DNA of 64,000 nt from the sequence record MG770228.1; one strand, written 5' to 3'. Made by a program: the position numbers and the translations under genes. The notes under the pieces were generated by a model, which was given only the letters and a program-made list of their open reading frames with translations, had not been told where the DNA came from and searched no databases. This DNA is from Escherichia phage PMBT57. Positions 50,730-61,246 of the stretch are shown here, piece after piece; within the stretch, counting starts at the first letter, position 1; every line of letters begins with the position of its first letter.

Positions 50730-51236
50730 ATGGTTGTTAATGGAAAACTATTGTTAGGTGCTATGCCCATTAAAGGCATGGTCAACAGTAAACTCAGTTC
50801 AGGTGAGACTACGTTTGGACTGGGAGAAGCTGGTTATGACATCCGTATTAAACAGGATGTTACCTTCTACCGATTTCTTGGTTTGATTCCCTGCATCAAG
50901 ATTAAGGATGAAGGAAAGACCAAGTGGAAGTTTGGCACTTTCACATTAGCTTCTGCAATGGAACGTTTCAATGTACCTGCTGGCCTAGTAGGTATTGTCC
51001 ATGACAAATCTACATGGGCAAGGCGTACATTATCTGTATTCAATACCGTTATTGAACCAGGATGGTCAGGCTACCTGACTTTAGAACTGGTTTATCACGG
51101 TCGTAAAAAACTTCATATCCCTGCTGGTTCAGGTATTGCTCAGGTTATCTTCCATGAGACAGTAGAGAATACTGCTTACAATGGACGATACCAGAACCAG
51201 CCTAATCAACCTGTAGCTGCTAAGTCAGCTCGTTAA
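50730..51236 (+). CDS. dCTP deaminase / dUTPase-fold protein
   Basis: GLVGIVHDKSTWARRTLSV...IEPGWSGYLTLEL resembles the dCTP deaminase core. Confidence 0.55.
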   Translation: MVVNGKLLLGAMPIKGMVNSKLSSGETTFGLGEAGYDIRIKQDVTFYRFLGLIPCIKIKDEGKTKWKFGTFTLASAMERFNVPAGLVGIVHDKSTWARRTLSVFNTVIEPGWSGYLTLELVYHGRKKLHIPAGSGIAQVIFHETVENTAYNGRYQNQPNQPVAAKSAR

Positions 51237-51249
51237 TTAAGGAAATATC

Positions 51250-51450
51250 ATGTCTATCTTTACTACTAAGGTTAATGGTCAAAAAGTTACTGTTGTTGCT
51301 CGTAACGTAGCTTACGTTACTGAAAACAGTGAAGGCCGTGGTGTAATTACTTTTACTAACGGTGATTCCATTGATACCCAGGTAGGTTATGACTCTATCC
51401 GTCGTAACGTAGCTAAAGCACTTGATGGTGCTAAAGACATCGCAGAGTAA
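51250..51450 (+). CDS. hypothetical protein, 66 aa
   Basis: ORF track; RBS aaggaa. Confidence 0.5.
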   Translation: MSIFTTKVNGQKVTVVARNVAYVTENSEGRGVITFTNGDSIDTQVGYDSIRRNVAKALDGAKDIAE

Positions 51451-51525
51451 GGTGTTTACAGTAATGGGGCTACTATATAGCCCCATTTATGGAAATTCCT
51501 TTCTCCATTGCTTAGTCCCAACTAT

Positions 51526-51548
51526 GCCCACTTTATGTGGGCTTTTTT
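51526..51548 (+). terminator. intrinsic terminator (second of two tandem hairpins after 51450)
   Basis: Stem gcccac/gtgggc then TTTTTT; preceded by hairpin 51467-51485. Confidence 0.6.
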
Positions 51549-51563
51549 AATTAGAGACTATGT

Positions 51564-51806
51564 ATGAGCAAACTAGGTATACACGTTTACATAGATGAAG
51601 CCGAGAAGATATACCCCTATACATTATTTAGTTCCAGTGATTTACTTCAGATGAAGGTAAACTCCATCATCGTAAACTACTGGTATAACGATAAGAATTG
51701 GGATTACTGGGCTGCACGACAGAAGAGTAAGAACAAGAAAGATATATTCAAAAGCAAATCAACTCCACACATGTTTCCTTGGTATCACAGAAACCGGAGA
51801 TATTGA
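51564..51806 (+). CDS. hypothetical protein, 80 aa
   Basis: ORF track. Confidence 0.45.
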   Translation: MSKLGIHVYIDEAEKIYPYTLFSSSDLLQMKVNSIIVNYWYNDKNWDYWAARQKSKNKKDIFKSKSTPHMFPWYHRNRRY

Positions 51807-52267
51807 TGACAAGAATACCATTTTTAAAACCCAGAAAACGAACACCAAAGCTGTATCAAAAGACTTCAGAAGACGGTTTAGCCTTGAACCAGAAAGCTAT
51901 TAAGGCTGTTAGTGCACTGGTTCAAGGTAAACAGGATGCTGTTGCTTTACGTCTTGTTGTTGAGCAAATCTTAGTTGCTCTGACACTGGCTCAGGTAGCT
52001 AAACAAGAAGGTAAACAAGAAACCTGTAAAACAGCATTAGGTGCTTTGTACTGGTTGTATAAAGACCTTGCTGACAACTTTGAAATGTCTATGGATAAGT
52101 GGCAGGGCATTTCTTGTGTACTTGCTCTTAGAGAAGGGCAGGAATTACTGTCTACTCTACCAAAAGCAGAATTTAAACTAGCCTACACTGGAGCACATAA
52201 GATTGTTCTTGGTTCCAGTAAGGACATCTTTAACCACCTCAAGCTATTCAAGGCTTTCTATGATTAA
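51806..52267 (+). CDS. hypothetical protein, 153 aa
   Basis: ATG overlapping upstream stop (TGATG), RBS ggaga. Confidence 0.5.
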   Translation: MTRIPFLKPRKRTPKLYQKTSEDGLALNQKAIKAVSALVQGKQDAVALRLVVEQILVALTLAQVAKQEGKQETCKTALGALYWLYKDLADNFEMSMDKWQGISCVLALREGQELLSTLPKAEFKLAYTGAHKIVLGSSKDIFNHLKLFKAFYD

Positions 52268-53201
52268 TGCAAAAATCCTCGCTGATAGTATTACTCTTTC
52301 TGGTGACCGTCTGGTAACAATGGAGCTGGTTTATCCACGTTTCATTCATTCAGAATTTATGACTCACCGAGCACTTAATCGTAATGCTTCTAGTAGTCGT
52401 GCTATTCCTACCCAACGCCTTATTGAGCAAGTTCGTAATGAACCAGTAATGCCAGTACATTGGGGTAAGAACCAGAAAGGAATGCAGGCAAGTGAAGAAC
52501 TCACTCCTATGGAAATTAAGGATGCCGAGTTCATCTGGGAAAATGCTGCCTCTGCTGCTGCTGTGTATGCTGAACAACTTCGTCGTGGACAAGTACATAA
52601 GCAGATTGTGAATCGTATTCTGGAACCATTCACGCATATCCGTGTAGTAGTGACAGCTACTCAATGGAATAACTTCTTTGGTTTACGCATTCATCCTGAT
52701 GCTCAACCAGAGATTTGTGAATTGGCTACTAAGATGAAGGAACAGTATGACCAATCAAAATCCCGTACCCTGTTGGCTGGGGAATGGCATTTGCCGTACA
52801 TCACTAATAGTGATTACCTTGATGCTTACGATTATTGCAAACATCAACGAATTACTCGTGATGAACCAAGTAGTGATGAGATTAATTGCCTGTTAGTAAA
52901 AATCTCTGCTGCTCGTTGTGCCCGTGCTTCCTATAACAACTTTAAAGGTACTCCTTCTACTATCGAAGAAGACCTACGTTTGTTCTCTAAATTGGTTGAA
53001 AGTAAGCCTGTTCACGCAAGCCCTACTGAACATCAAGCAACTCCTCAGCATGTAATGAGTAAAGGCTTAAATGAGCCTACTGACCCATCTACATGGGAAA
53101 ATGGCATTAGCCACATGGACAGAGATTTACGTTTATACTCAGGTAATCTGTGTGGCTGGATTCAATTCCGTAAGCTGCTTGCAGATGAATGCATCCACTA
53201 A
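52260..53201 (+). CDS. thyX: flavin-dependent thymidylate synthase ThyX-like with C-terminal extension
   Basis: HR-x7-S-x2-SR signature THRALNRNASSSRA resembles the ThyX RHR-x7-S motif. Confidence 0.5.
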   Translation: MINAKILADSITLSGDRLVTMELVYPRFIHSEFMTHRALNRNASSSRAIPTQRLIEQVRNEPVMPVHWGKNQKGMQASEELTPMEIKDAEFIWENAASAAAVYAEQLRRGQVHKQIVNRILEPFTHIRVVVTATQWNNFFGLRIHPDAQPEICELATKMKEQYDQSKSRTLLAGEWHLPYITNSDYLDAYDYCKHQRITRDEPSSDEINCLLVKISAARCARASYNNFKGTPSTIEEDLRLFSKLVESKPVHASPTEHQATPQHVMSKGLNEPTDPSTWENGISHMDRDLRLYSGNLCGWIQFRKLLADECIH

Positions 53202-53246
53202 GTAGGTCTTTTGTGGGTGTAGACCACTCATAATAAACTCCGCTAT

Positions 53247-53274
53247 TTGCCTCCTACATGGAGGCAATTTTTTT
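53247..53274 (+). terminator. intrinsic terminator
   Basis: 8-bp stem ttgcctcc/ggaggcaa then TTTTTTT. Confidence 0.7.
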
Positions 53275-53298
53275 GATTCCATGTACATAGGAGGCTAT

Positions 53299-53532
53299 AT
53301 GGCTAAACCACGTAAATTCCGTATTAAGGATAAGCCTGTAATGGGTAGTGCTGCTGGTCAGTCACATGAGAAAGGAGACATTGTTTATGAATGCCTTCAG
53401 TATGATTACGGCGTTGCTCATGATGACACTCGTGCTACTGGTGTCCCACATACCTCAGTAACTCTTGAGGAAGATGGTAGTTACCCATTCTTCACTGTTC
53501 CTACTCATAACCTGGAAGAAATTCATGATTGA
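53299..53532 (+). CDS. hypothetical protein, 77 aa
   Basis: ATG with RBS ggaggc. Confidence 0.5.
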   Translation: MAKPRKFRIKDKPVMGSAAGQSHEKGDIVYECLQYDYGVAHDDTRATGVPHTSVTLEEDGSYPFFTVPTHNLEEIHD

Positions 53533-53851
53533 CCCAAATATCATCCATGCCAAAACAGGCGAATCCCATAAGCTGTCTGAATATTCCAAAGTAGAAGATA
53601 TTGCAGTTTGTCCTGCAAATATTGCTTCTCTTTGTATCTGTATTGCAGAGCTATCTAAAGAACGCCAACTATGGTTATCTCCTAATAAAACAATGGTTCA
53701 GGCAGGTCTGGCAGAAGTACAACGTATGCTGGATGAATGGTCTGAAGACCAGATGTTCATTGATGGCAATGCAGAAGCAATAACCGATGACATGGCCTCT
53801 GATATGGCTGTGTTTGTATTACAAGCAATGGCTGAAAAGCGTAGTAGTTAA
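53525..53851 (+). CDS. hypothetical protein, 108 aa
   Basis: ATG overlapping upstream stop. Confidence 0.5.
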   Translation: MIDPNIIHAKTGESHKLSEYSKVEDIAVCPANIASLCICIAELSKERQLWLSPNKTMVQAGLAEVQRMLDEWSEDQMFIDGNAEAITDDMASDMAVFVLQAMAEKRSS

Positions 53852-53876
53852 TTAATAATTTACTGGAGAAAATTCG

Positions 53877-56402
53877 ATGCAAGTAGCTGACTCTACTGAA
53901 CTGACCACATCAGCAACGTTGGGTGCTCAAGATGCTATGGCCTTCGGTATTTCTGAAGACCCAGCATTCTTCCAAATACTCAGTGCTAACCTCTATTCTA
54001 ATCAGAAACTGGCAATGGTACGTGAGACATTGTGCAATAGCTGGGATGCTCATATTGAGGGGAATAAAACAGATATTCCTATCCATGTAACCATTGATAA
54101 AGATGGTTTCCTTATCTTCCGTGACTATGGTTCTGGTATTCCTAAAGATAAGATTCAAGAGGTCTATGGGGTATATGGTGCATCTACCAAGAAAGCTAAT
54201 ACTGCTTCCACCGGTGGCTTTGGCTTAGGATGTAAATCCCCTATGGCCTATACAGACAGTTTTACTGTCACATCTATGTGTGACGGAACCAAGACTGTCT
54301 ATCACATTGCTAAATCTTCTGTTGAGACTAACGGTAAACCAGGGATTATTCCTATCGTTAGCGTACCTACTGAAGAATCCGGGCTTGAAGTTAAAATTCA
54401 GCTTCAGTCAGAAGATATTTTAGAAATTGATTCATATATTCGAGCCATTGTATTACATGGTGAGATTAAATGTATTTACTGCAATCAGTATACAGGACCA
54501 AATACAGTAGAATTACTGCCTGTACTGGGTATGTCTTTTGAACCAGGTAGCTATAACCTAGACCATAGCACATGGCATAAATATTACATGGGCAGTCATT
54601 CAATATTTATCCGTTATGGTAATGTTATGTACCCTGCTTTGGATACCCCTGCTACACATGAAGCATTAAAACTGGTTAAACAGTTTATGCAGGTTATTAA
54701 CTGTAGCCGTATCGTTGTTCAAGCTGCCCCATCATCACTAGCTGTAGCACCTAGCCGTGAAACACTGTCATCTCAAAAAATGACCGAAGACGGTATCGTA
54801 AATTTGGCTGTAGCTTTAGTAGATAAAATGGAAGCAGATATTAAAGCTCGTCTTCCAAATGCTATTGAATATATTGGAAAAGCTATTAAAGAATATAGTC
54901 CTCACCGTTTTGAAGTAAATAGTTATTTGCCTTACACCAATTTAGTGCCTGATGTTATTGTCAGTCGTTATATGTCCTCTACTTTATTCAGTAAGCAATA
55001 TGCTCATCTGTGTAAGAAATGGGGGAATATGGAAATTGACCGTCAACTAGAACATCCTGCACTGGCTCATTTCTCTGGTTCTCAAAAAGCCCATCTCCGT
55101 AAGCATTTAAAGAGGGCTAAGGATTTACGTAATTACAGGGAATTAACTAAAGTATTTACTGATATGGCTATTAAGCCGATGTTCAAAACCTTTGCTAAAT
55201 TAGGGATTACTAAAGGTATTTCTCTATTTCACTATCAATATGGTGTTGAACTGTGGCGTAATAATATTGTTAATAGTGTCCGTAGAATACACTCATTAAA
55301 CTTCATGACTTATAGTTCTAAGAAGTGCCGTGTATTTGTTACCCCACGTATTACCAATATTGAAGATAGTCTGGCTGGGTATCCAGAGTTTGATAATCTT
55401 TCTACTGAGACACTGGTGAAATATAACTCAATCATTGTCAAAGTTGGAACCAAGAAAGGTGAAGCAGAGGCTATGACTAATCTGCTCACTAAAGCAGGAT
55501 ACGAAGTCACTAATATGGCTGAGTATCATGAGTGGGATTGTATAGCTCGCAGACGTAAAGAGGAACAAGAGGCTAAATTAGCCATTTCCAAATTACAAGC
55601 TAAGAAAGCTACTAATAAGAAAAAGGTTAGTCCTAATCGTCTTATTAGTATGAATATCCTTGAAATACCAAAAGAGCATCGTAGCTATTCGAGTGAAGTA
55701 TGTGGTTCTCACTACGCTTCTCGTTCTCATGACCGAATGGTTGATGTAGATACTCCCCAGTATTACATCATGCAGGAAGATATTAATAACTACACAGGAA
55801 GGCTTGGTGTTCTTTCTATGTGGCAATTAACCCCTGCTACCATTAAAGATGTGACTGTTGTTTGTCGTAATAAAATTGAACGTAATAAAGCTATTAAGCG
55901 AGGTGCTGTTCATTTGGATGAATGGACTGCTCCGTATATTGCTTCAGTTCTTACATCCAAACAATTCATTAAGTATGTCACTAAAGAACGTCAGAAAACG
56001 TTAAGTGATATTGGTATTTACTCCAAACACCTCAGATTACTGAGAGAACTAGATATTACATATGCCCCATTGAAAGGTCTGCGTTATGACCCAGAACTGG
56101 AGAATGCTTATCTCTTCTTACAAAGTAGTAGCTACCCTAAGCTACGTGCATTGTTAGGGAAGGGTCTGATTACTGAAGAAGAGTATCACTTCCTCAGTGA
56201 TGTTGATGTGCATTGCAAGACTTTCAGTAAGTACTCGGAACTTCGTAGGATACCGAAGATGTTCCTTGATATTGATGCTGGGGGTTATATGTTGGCTGCA
56301 TGTACTGTAGACACATTGCTTCGTGAAATCGAACAATTCCCTGAATCAATCCCTGCAATCAAACTGCTTGTAAAAGCTGCTCTTAAACGGAATACAGACT
56401 GA
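53877..56402 (+). CDS. rIIA: rIIA-like protein with N-terminal GHKL-type ATPase motifs
   Basis: ETLCNSWDAH, RDYGSGI, GGFGLG; 841 aa. Confidence 0.6.
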   Translation: MQVADSTELTTSATLGAQDAMAFGISEDPAFFQILSANLYSNQKLAMVRETLCNSWDAHIEGNKTDIPIHVTIDKDGFLIFRDYGSGIPKDKIQEVYGVYGASTKKANTASTGGFGLGCKSPMAYTDSFTVTSMCDGTKTVYHIAKSSVETNGKPGIIPIVSVPTEESGLEVKIQLQSEDILEIDSYIRAIVLHGEIKCIYCNQYTGPNTVELLPVLGMSFEPGSYNLDHSTWHKYYMGSHSIFIRYGNVMYPALDTPATHEALKLVKQFMQVINCSRIVVQAAPSSLAVAPSRETLSSQKMTEDGIVNLAVALVDKMEADIKARLPNAIEYIGKAIKEYSPHRFEVNSYLPYTNLVPDVIVSRYMSSTLFSKQYAHLCKKWGNMEIDRQLEHPALAHFSGSQKAHLRKHLKRAKDLRNYRELTKVFTDMAIKPMFKTFAKLGITKGISLFHYQYGVELWRNNIVNSVRRIHSLNFMTYSSKKCRVFVTPRITNIEDSLAGYPEFDNLSTETLVKYNSIIVKVGTKKGEAEAMTNLLTKAGYEVTNMAEYHEWDCIARRRKEEQEAKLAISKLQAKKATNKKKVSPNRLISMNILEIPKEHRSYSSEVCGSHYASRSHDRMVDVDTPQYYIMQEDINNYTGRLGVLSMWQLTPATIKDVTVVCRNKIERNKAIKRGAVHLDEWTAPYIASVLTSKQFIKYVTKERQKTLSDIGIYSKHLRLLRELDITYAPLKGLRYDPELENAYLFLQSSSYPKLRALLGKGLITEEEYHFLSDVDVHCKTFSKYSELRRIPKMFLDIDAGGYMLAACTVDTLLREIEQFPESIPAIKLLVKAALKRNTD

Positions 56403-58492
56403 TGAAACGAAATTATCTCGCCATTATTGCCCTGTCAGTAGACAGCCGTAACCTCACCTTATGGCAACCAGATGGTTCTACTATGGTCATCCCCCAAGGG
56501 GATGCCCGTGTACCACGTATTGTTGCTGAAGCAAAAGAAAAGAATCTTACCCCAGGTAAGATTATCGAAGTGGATGTCACTATCGAAGCTCAGATTCGTC
56601 AGGAGTTTCTGGACGCTGAACGTGATACAGGTGGCTTTGTTAAATTCTTCCGTATTACCAAGAAGAAGCTACAAGAGTTCTTCTTAGGGGAAGAGGAAGA
56701 ACAAGTCCCTCATGTATCACCTGTAGAGTTAGGTGCTAAACCAACTGCTTTCAATGCTTTTATTGCTAATGCTGTAGGCAAAACTCTTGCTGTACAACAT
56801 GCATCGTTAAAAGTACCTGAACCAGAAATGACGGTTACTCATGAGCGTTTTTACGGTAACTATGCTGTATGGATTACAGATGTAGACCCACGGAATCATC
56901 GTATTGAGGTTATTCATGTTATCCGTGAAATCTCAGGAAGAACCAGTGAATATGTCAATAACCTGCTGGCTCAACCAACCCCATTCAAAGTATTTGATTG
57001 GCTCACAGAGACTCAGGCTAAAGAGTTTGTAAGACGTTTGAATAACACTCAGGGTGTTATCTCTGTCTATAACAAACTGGAAGACGGTATTCCTGCTAAG
57101 GTTGCTGTAAAGGCCACAGAGCCAACCAATAAGGAAAAGCTAGAAGCTGCATCAACTAAGCTGAAAGCTATGGGTGCTGTCGCTACTGATGCTTATGAGT
57201 TTCATACTGACTTGAATGAGAATGAAGAGACTATCGTAGCTGTAGTGAATGATAAGGTGGTTCCTGATGTTCAGAACCTACACCGTCACATCCGTCAATC
57301 TGCAAACCTGAAAGACTATAAAGGCTTTACTAAGTTCCTTGAACGTCTGTCTACTGTAATTGATAAACGTCGTCACTCTGTTGAAGACCTGATGAAGTTT
57401 ATGGAAAAAGGTGACCTGCCAATTGCAGATGATGGCTCCATTGTTATCTTCAAACGTCTGGAAAGCAAAGACAATCCTGAACATCTCAAAGACGTAATGG
57501 ATGATGTATTTGTTGATTGCCATTCTAAGAAGATTGAGCAATGCGTTGGTATGCGTGTAATGGTTAAAGAAAACCTTGTAGACCAGAACCGTCGTAAAGA
57601 CTGTTCTCATGGTTTGCACGTAGCTTCTCTGCAATACATTCGTAATTTCTCAGGCAACGTAACCATTATTGGTAAAGTTGCTCCAGAGGATGTATTTGCA
57701 GTACCAGAATACGATGTTACTAAGATGCGTGTATCTGCTTATCACATCATTACCAAGCTACCTGATGCTATTCGTGACCATGTTAATAATGGCAATCCAA
57801 TCTCCACCATTGAGGGTGGTACGGAAATCCTGAACATGGTTCTCAGTGGTAATCACCCCGAACCTTCCCGTCAGGTACTGGTTGGTGGTCATTATGGAAC
57901 CAATCTGACTTATTCAGAACTCACCCGTAATTATCTGGATGATGATGAAGACAGCGTTATTCCAGATGAACCGGTAATTAAGAAAACTGCCTTGAATATG
58001 GAAGAGAGCTTTACGGCAACTAATCCTAAAGCTGAACCAGTGAAGGCAACGGATGTTAAACCTATTAAGAAGACTAAGATGGAAATTCTTAAAGACCTTT
58101 GGAACCAGTTCCTGAAAGCAGAAACTTCTAATGAAGCTATTGCACTGGCTGATGAAATCATTGCTGCTAAGGGCAAATGTAAGAAGTCATGGGCTTCTTT
58201 AGGCTTCAGTGGTGACATGGTTCAGAAACTGATTGATGCTCGTGCTAATAAGCCTAAGCCAGAAAAAGCAGTCAAACAGGATAAAACTGTTGTACCTAAG
58301 AAAACTACAGTCACTCGTAGTCGGAATGCTGATGTTATTCGTAGTTATTTGAATGACAAAGGTATGTCTGATTACTGTAAAGCTCATGCCATTCACGATG
58401 TGAAACGCGCTGCTAAGAAATCTTATGCTGCACTGGGTCTGACTCCTGAAGAATGCAGCCAAATTGATAAACTGAAGCATCACCTGAAGTAA
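56402..58492 (+). CDS. rIIB-like protein (by position), 696 aa
   Basis: Translationally coupled to the rIIA-like gene (ATGA overlap). Confidence 0.4.
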   Translation: MKRNYLAIIALSVDSRNLTLWQPDGSTMVIPQGDARVPRIVAEAKEKNLTPGKIIEVDVTIEAQIRQEFLDAERDTGGFVKFFRITKKKLQEFFLGEEEEQVPHVSPVELGAKPTAFNAFIANAVGKTLAVQHASLKVPEPEMTVTHERFYGNYAVWITDVDPRNHRIEVIHVIREISGRTSEYVNNLLAQPTPFKVFDWLTETQAKEFVRRLNNTQGVISVYNKLEDGIPAKVAVKATEPTNKEKLEAASTKLKAMGAVATDAYEFHTDLNENEETIVAVVNDKVVPDVQNLHRHIRQSANLKDYKGFTKFLERLSTVIDKRRHSVEDLMKFMEKGDLPIADDGSIVIFKRLESKDNPEHLKDVMDDVFVDCHSKKIEQCVGMRVMVKENLVDQNRRKDCSHGLHVASLQYIRNFSGNVTIIGKVAPEDVFAVPEYDVTKMRVSAYHIITKLPDAIRDHVNNGNPISTIEGGTEILNMVLSGNHPEPSRQVLVGGHYGTNLTYSELTRNYLDDDEDSVIPDEPVIKKTALNMEESFTATNPKAEPVKATDVKPIKKTKMEILKDLWNQFLKAETSNEAIALADEIIAAKGKCKKSWASLGFSGDMVQKLIDARANKPKPEKAVKQDKTVVPKKTTVTRSRNADVIRSYLNDKGMSDYCKAHAIHDVKRAAKKSYAALGLTPEECSQIDKLKHHLK

Positions 58493-58559
58493 GTAGGTTA
58501 ACTATTCAAGTAGCTCCGGTTGAAATATACTGGAGCTATCTTTGAAGAGGATACATACT

Positions 58560-58955
58560 ATGGCCAAAGTTTATCGTGCTAACCGTAAAGCCCATGATGA
58601 CGATATTATTCGTATGAATGCAGTCGGTTTATCATTGGGAACCATTGCTAAAACATTAGGTGTTCACCCCACTACAGTTACCTTACGATTACGCTCTCTT
58701 GGTATTGAACCAGCCGACACACGTCGAACATTTATGGAGAACGTACTAGCACCATTACCTACTCACGTAGCTGATTGGTTATCAGAACAAGTAGGACCAA
58801 AGTATGAGATTCGACAATACGTTCGAGACTTATTACTGGAAGCCTACAATAATCGTCATAATCATAAGGAAACTGCTCATGAACGATTCCTCAAAAGATA
58901 CGTTGGTACAAACTCAGAACTGGTTTCTGAAGGCAGTACCCAGCCCAACGAGTAA
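58560..58955 (+). CDS. hypothetical protein with helix-turn-helix-like segment
   Basis: ATG 58560 with RBS gaagagg; LSLGTIAKTLGVHPTTVTLRL. Confidence 0.5.
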   Translation: MAKVYRANRKAHDDDIIRMNAVGLSLGTIAKTLGVHPTTVTLRLRSLGIEPADTRRTFMENVLAPLPTHVADWLSEQVGPKYEIRQYVRDLLLEAYNNRHNHKETAHERFLKRYVGTNSELVSEGSTQPNE

Positions 58956-59340
58956 AAACATTAGTACCCAAATTGGTTGTCATCTGGAAGAAGTAGTTGA
59001 GATGCTGGAAGAATTGGCTCCAAATTCTGAAGAAGCATACGATACACTTCATAATGCCATTGCAGCTTTAACTGAATTGTCAGAATTAATGAAGTCCTCT
59101 GATAAAGAAGTTTATGCACCTAACAGCAATCGCTTGGCTGTTCTGGATGCACTGGCAGACCAGATTGTTACAGCAACTGGCGTCGGTACTTTCTTGGGTA
59201 TGAACGTACCTGGAGCACTCACTGAAGTGAACCGTTCTAATTATTCAAAATTTGAAGACGGTGAGCCTGTTTTCGATGAGAATAAGAAAGTAATGAAAGG
59301 TAAGGATTATACTCCGCCTGATTTAACCCCATTCATTTAA
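58879..59340 (+). CDS. putative all-alpha NTP pyrophosphohydrolase (MazG-like); start uncertain
   Basis: EEVVEMLEEL (EExxE) motif; ORF overlaps the upstream gene. Confidence 0.4.
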   Translation: MNDSSKDTLVQTQNWFLKAVPSPTSKNISTQIGCHLEEVVEMLEELAPNSEEAYDTLHNAIAALTELSELMKSSDKEVYAPNSNRLAVLDALADQIVTATGVGTFLGMNVPGALTEVNRSNYSKFEDGEPVFDENKKVMKGKDYTPPDLTPFI

Positions 59341-59344
59341 AAGA

Positions 59345-59368
59345 GCCGCCCATATAGGGCGGTTTTTG
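59345..59368 (+). terminator. intrinsic terminator
   Basis: Stem gccgccc/gggcggt then TTTTT. Confidence 0.65.
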
Positions 59369-59382
59369 TATCTGGAGAACTC

Positions 59383-60702
59383 ATGTATAAAAGTACTACT
59401 AAGCTGCCACTAAATCCTGGTCAAGAGGCAGCGGCAGAAGGCTTCTTCGACTTTCTGCTCGACCCCAATGCTTCTGAACTTCGTATTAGTGGACCTGGTG
59501 GTACAGGCAAGACATTTACAATGGCTCATATGATTGACGAGATTATGCCTCGTTATCATGAGACATGTAGTCTGATGGGAATCCCTGCTCTCTATAACGA
59601 AGTTATTATGACTGCTACTACTAATAAGGCAGCAGAAGTATTAGCCCGTGCAACAGGACGTCCTACGTCTACCTATCATTCCTTTCAAGGTCTGACAGTA
59701 CGGAATAACCTGAAGACTGGGGAAGCAGACCTGATTCCGTCTAAGTCCTTCAGTATCAAAAAGAATAAGGTCATTTTTATTGATGAAGCATCAATGATTG
59801 ACCGTAAACTGAAGAAGTTTATTAACGAAGGTACTCACCAAAGTAAGATTGTTTACTTAGGTGATAAATGCCAATTGTTACCTGTAAAGGAAACTTCTTC
59901 CCCTGTCTACAATGACAGTAGCATTAAAGAGTTTATGCTGACCCAGCAGATGCGTACTGATGTCCCTGAACTCCATGCACTGCATGAACAACTTCGTGGA
60001 ACCATTGAAGGTAAGCACGGATTCCTGCCTATTAAAGCAGTTCCAGGTATTATCGACTGGATTGAAGATGGTGATGAAATGAGAAAAGAAGTCGAAGGTC
60101 ATTTCATGACTAAGACTGACACTCGTATTGTTGCCTATACCAACCAACAGGTTGTTAACTATAACACCTTCATTCGAGCCATGAATGGATTCCACGGAGA
60201 GTTCTGTATTGGTGAAGAGTTAGTAAGTAACTCTGCTATTCAGATTGGTGCTGGTGACCGCCTTAGTATTGAACAGGAATGCCAGATTGTTGACCAGGAT
60301 TCTGCTACTCGTAAGATTCTGATTGATTCCTCTGGCATCGAATTAGAAGTACGTGATTGCACCCTGGATACTGGTTATGGTGGTGTCTTTGAAGGTATCC
60401 CTATTCCGGTAGATATGGATTATTTCATTCGTTTGCAAAAGTACTATGCACACCAAAAGAACTGGGAACGTCACTTCTATTTGAAAGAAACATTCCCTGA
60501 ACTTCGAGCATTACATGCTTCTACTGTGCATAAGTCTCAAGGTTCTACCTACGACACCATCTTTATTGATGCTACTGATTTATCTACTTGCCGTCAGCCT
60601 GATGTAGTAGCACGTCTGCTTTATGTAGCAGTATCTCGTGCTCGTCATCGTGTTGTGTTCTATGGCTCTTTGGCAGAGAAATTTGGTGGTCTGGTTCGCT
60701 AA
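59383..60702 (+). CDS. SF1 DNA helicase (Dda/RecD-like)
   Basis: Walker A GPGGTGKTF; C-terminal TVHKSQGSTYD. Confidence 0.75.
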   Translation: MYKSTTKLPLNPGQEAAAEGFFDFLLDPNASELRISGPGGTGKTFTMAHMIDEIMPRYHETCSLMGIPALYNEVIMTATTNKAAEVLARATGRPTSTYHSFQGLTVRNNLKTGEADLIPSKSFSIKKNKVIFIDEASMIDRKLKKFINEGTHQSKIVYLGDKCQLLPVKETSSPVYNDSSIKEFMLTQQMRTDVPELHALHEQLRGTIEGKHGFLPIKAVPGIIDWIEDGDEMRKEVEGHFMTKTDTRIVAYTNQQVVNYNTFIRAMNGFHGEFCIGEELVSNSAIQIGAGDRLSIEQECQIVDQDSATRKILIDSSGIELEVRDCTLDTGYGGVFEGIPIPVDMDYFIRLQKYYAHQKNWERHFYLKETFPELRALHASTVHKSQGSTYDTIFIDATDLSTCRQPDVVARLLYVAVSRARHRVVFYGSLAEKFGGLVR

Positions 60703-60711
60703 GGAGAACTT

Positions 60712-61239
60712 ATGCAACTGGGTGAAAAACAAATCCGTGAAATGACTAATAGTAGTGAACTGGTTCAGGAATTATTCTTAGCCGAGTTACGTCGGCTAGA
60801 TAAAGTACTGGATAGTATCATTACACGTAATGGGGAAACATTCGCTGTATACAACTCAACAGGGTTCCTGTATTTAGGGGAGTTCTATTCGAGTTCCCGT
60901 TCATCACAACAACCCCCTTCTGGTCATCGTCTGGCTCTAGCTAATCACCTACTGGATGATATGCGGGAGTATCTGGAACAAGCAGGTAAACTTCTGCTAG
61001 AAGTCCATATGGTAAATCAGATGGTCTTTCGTCTGGTTCAGGGCTGTAAAACTTATCAAGACGTTCGTGATGCATTGCCAGAATGCCTCATTGCTATGGA
61101 TAAACAGGGTCATCTGAAATCCTTACAGAGAACCAGAAAGGCAGCATTTACTCTGGATAATGATGCTATGGCTCTCCGTCAGTATGAGAAAATCTTACCG
61201 ATTATCGAATACTATGCGGGAACCCATCTTATCTTTTGA
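60712..61239 (+). CDS. hypothetical protein, 175 aa
   Basis: ORF track. Confidence 0.5.
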   Translation: MQLGEKQIREMTNSSELVQELFLAELRRLDKVLDSIITRNGETFAVYNSTGFLYLGEFYSSSRSSQQPPSGHRLALANHLLDDMREYLEQAGKLLLEVHMVNQMVFRLVQGCKTYQDVRDALPECLIAMDKQGHLKSLQRTRKAAFTLDNDAMALRQYEKILPIIEYYAGTHLIF

Positions 61240-61246
61240 GGTCTGT

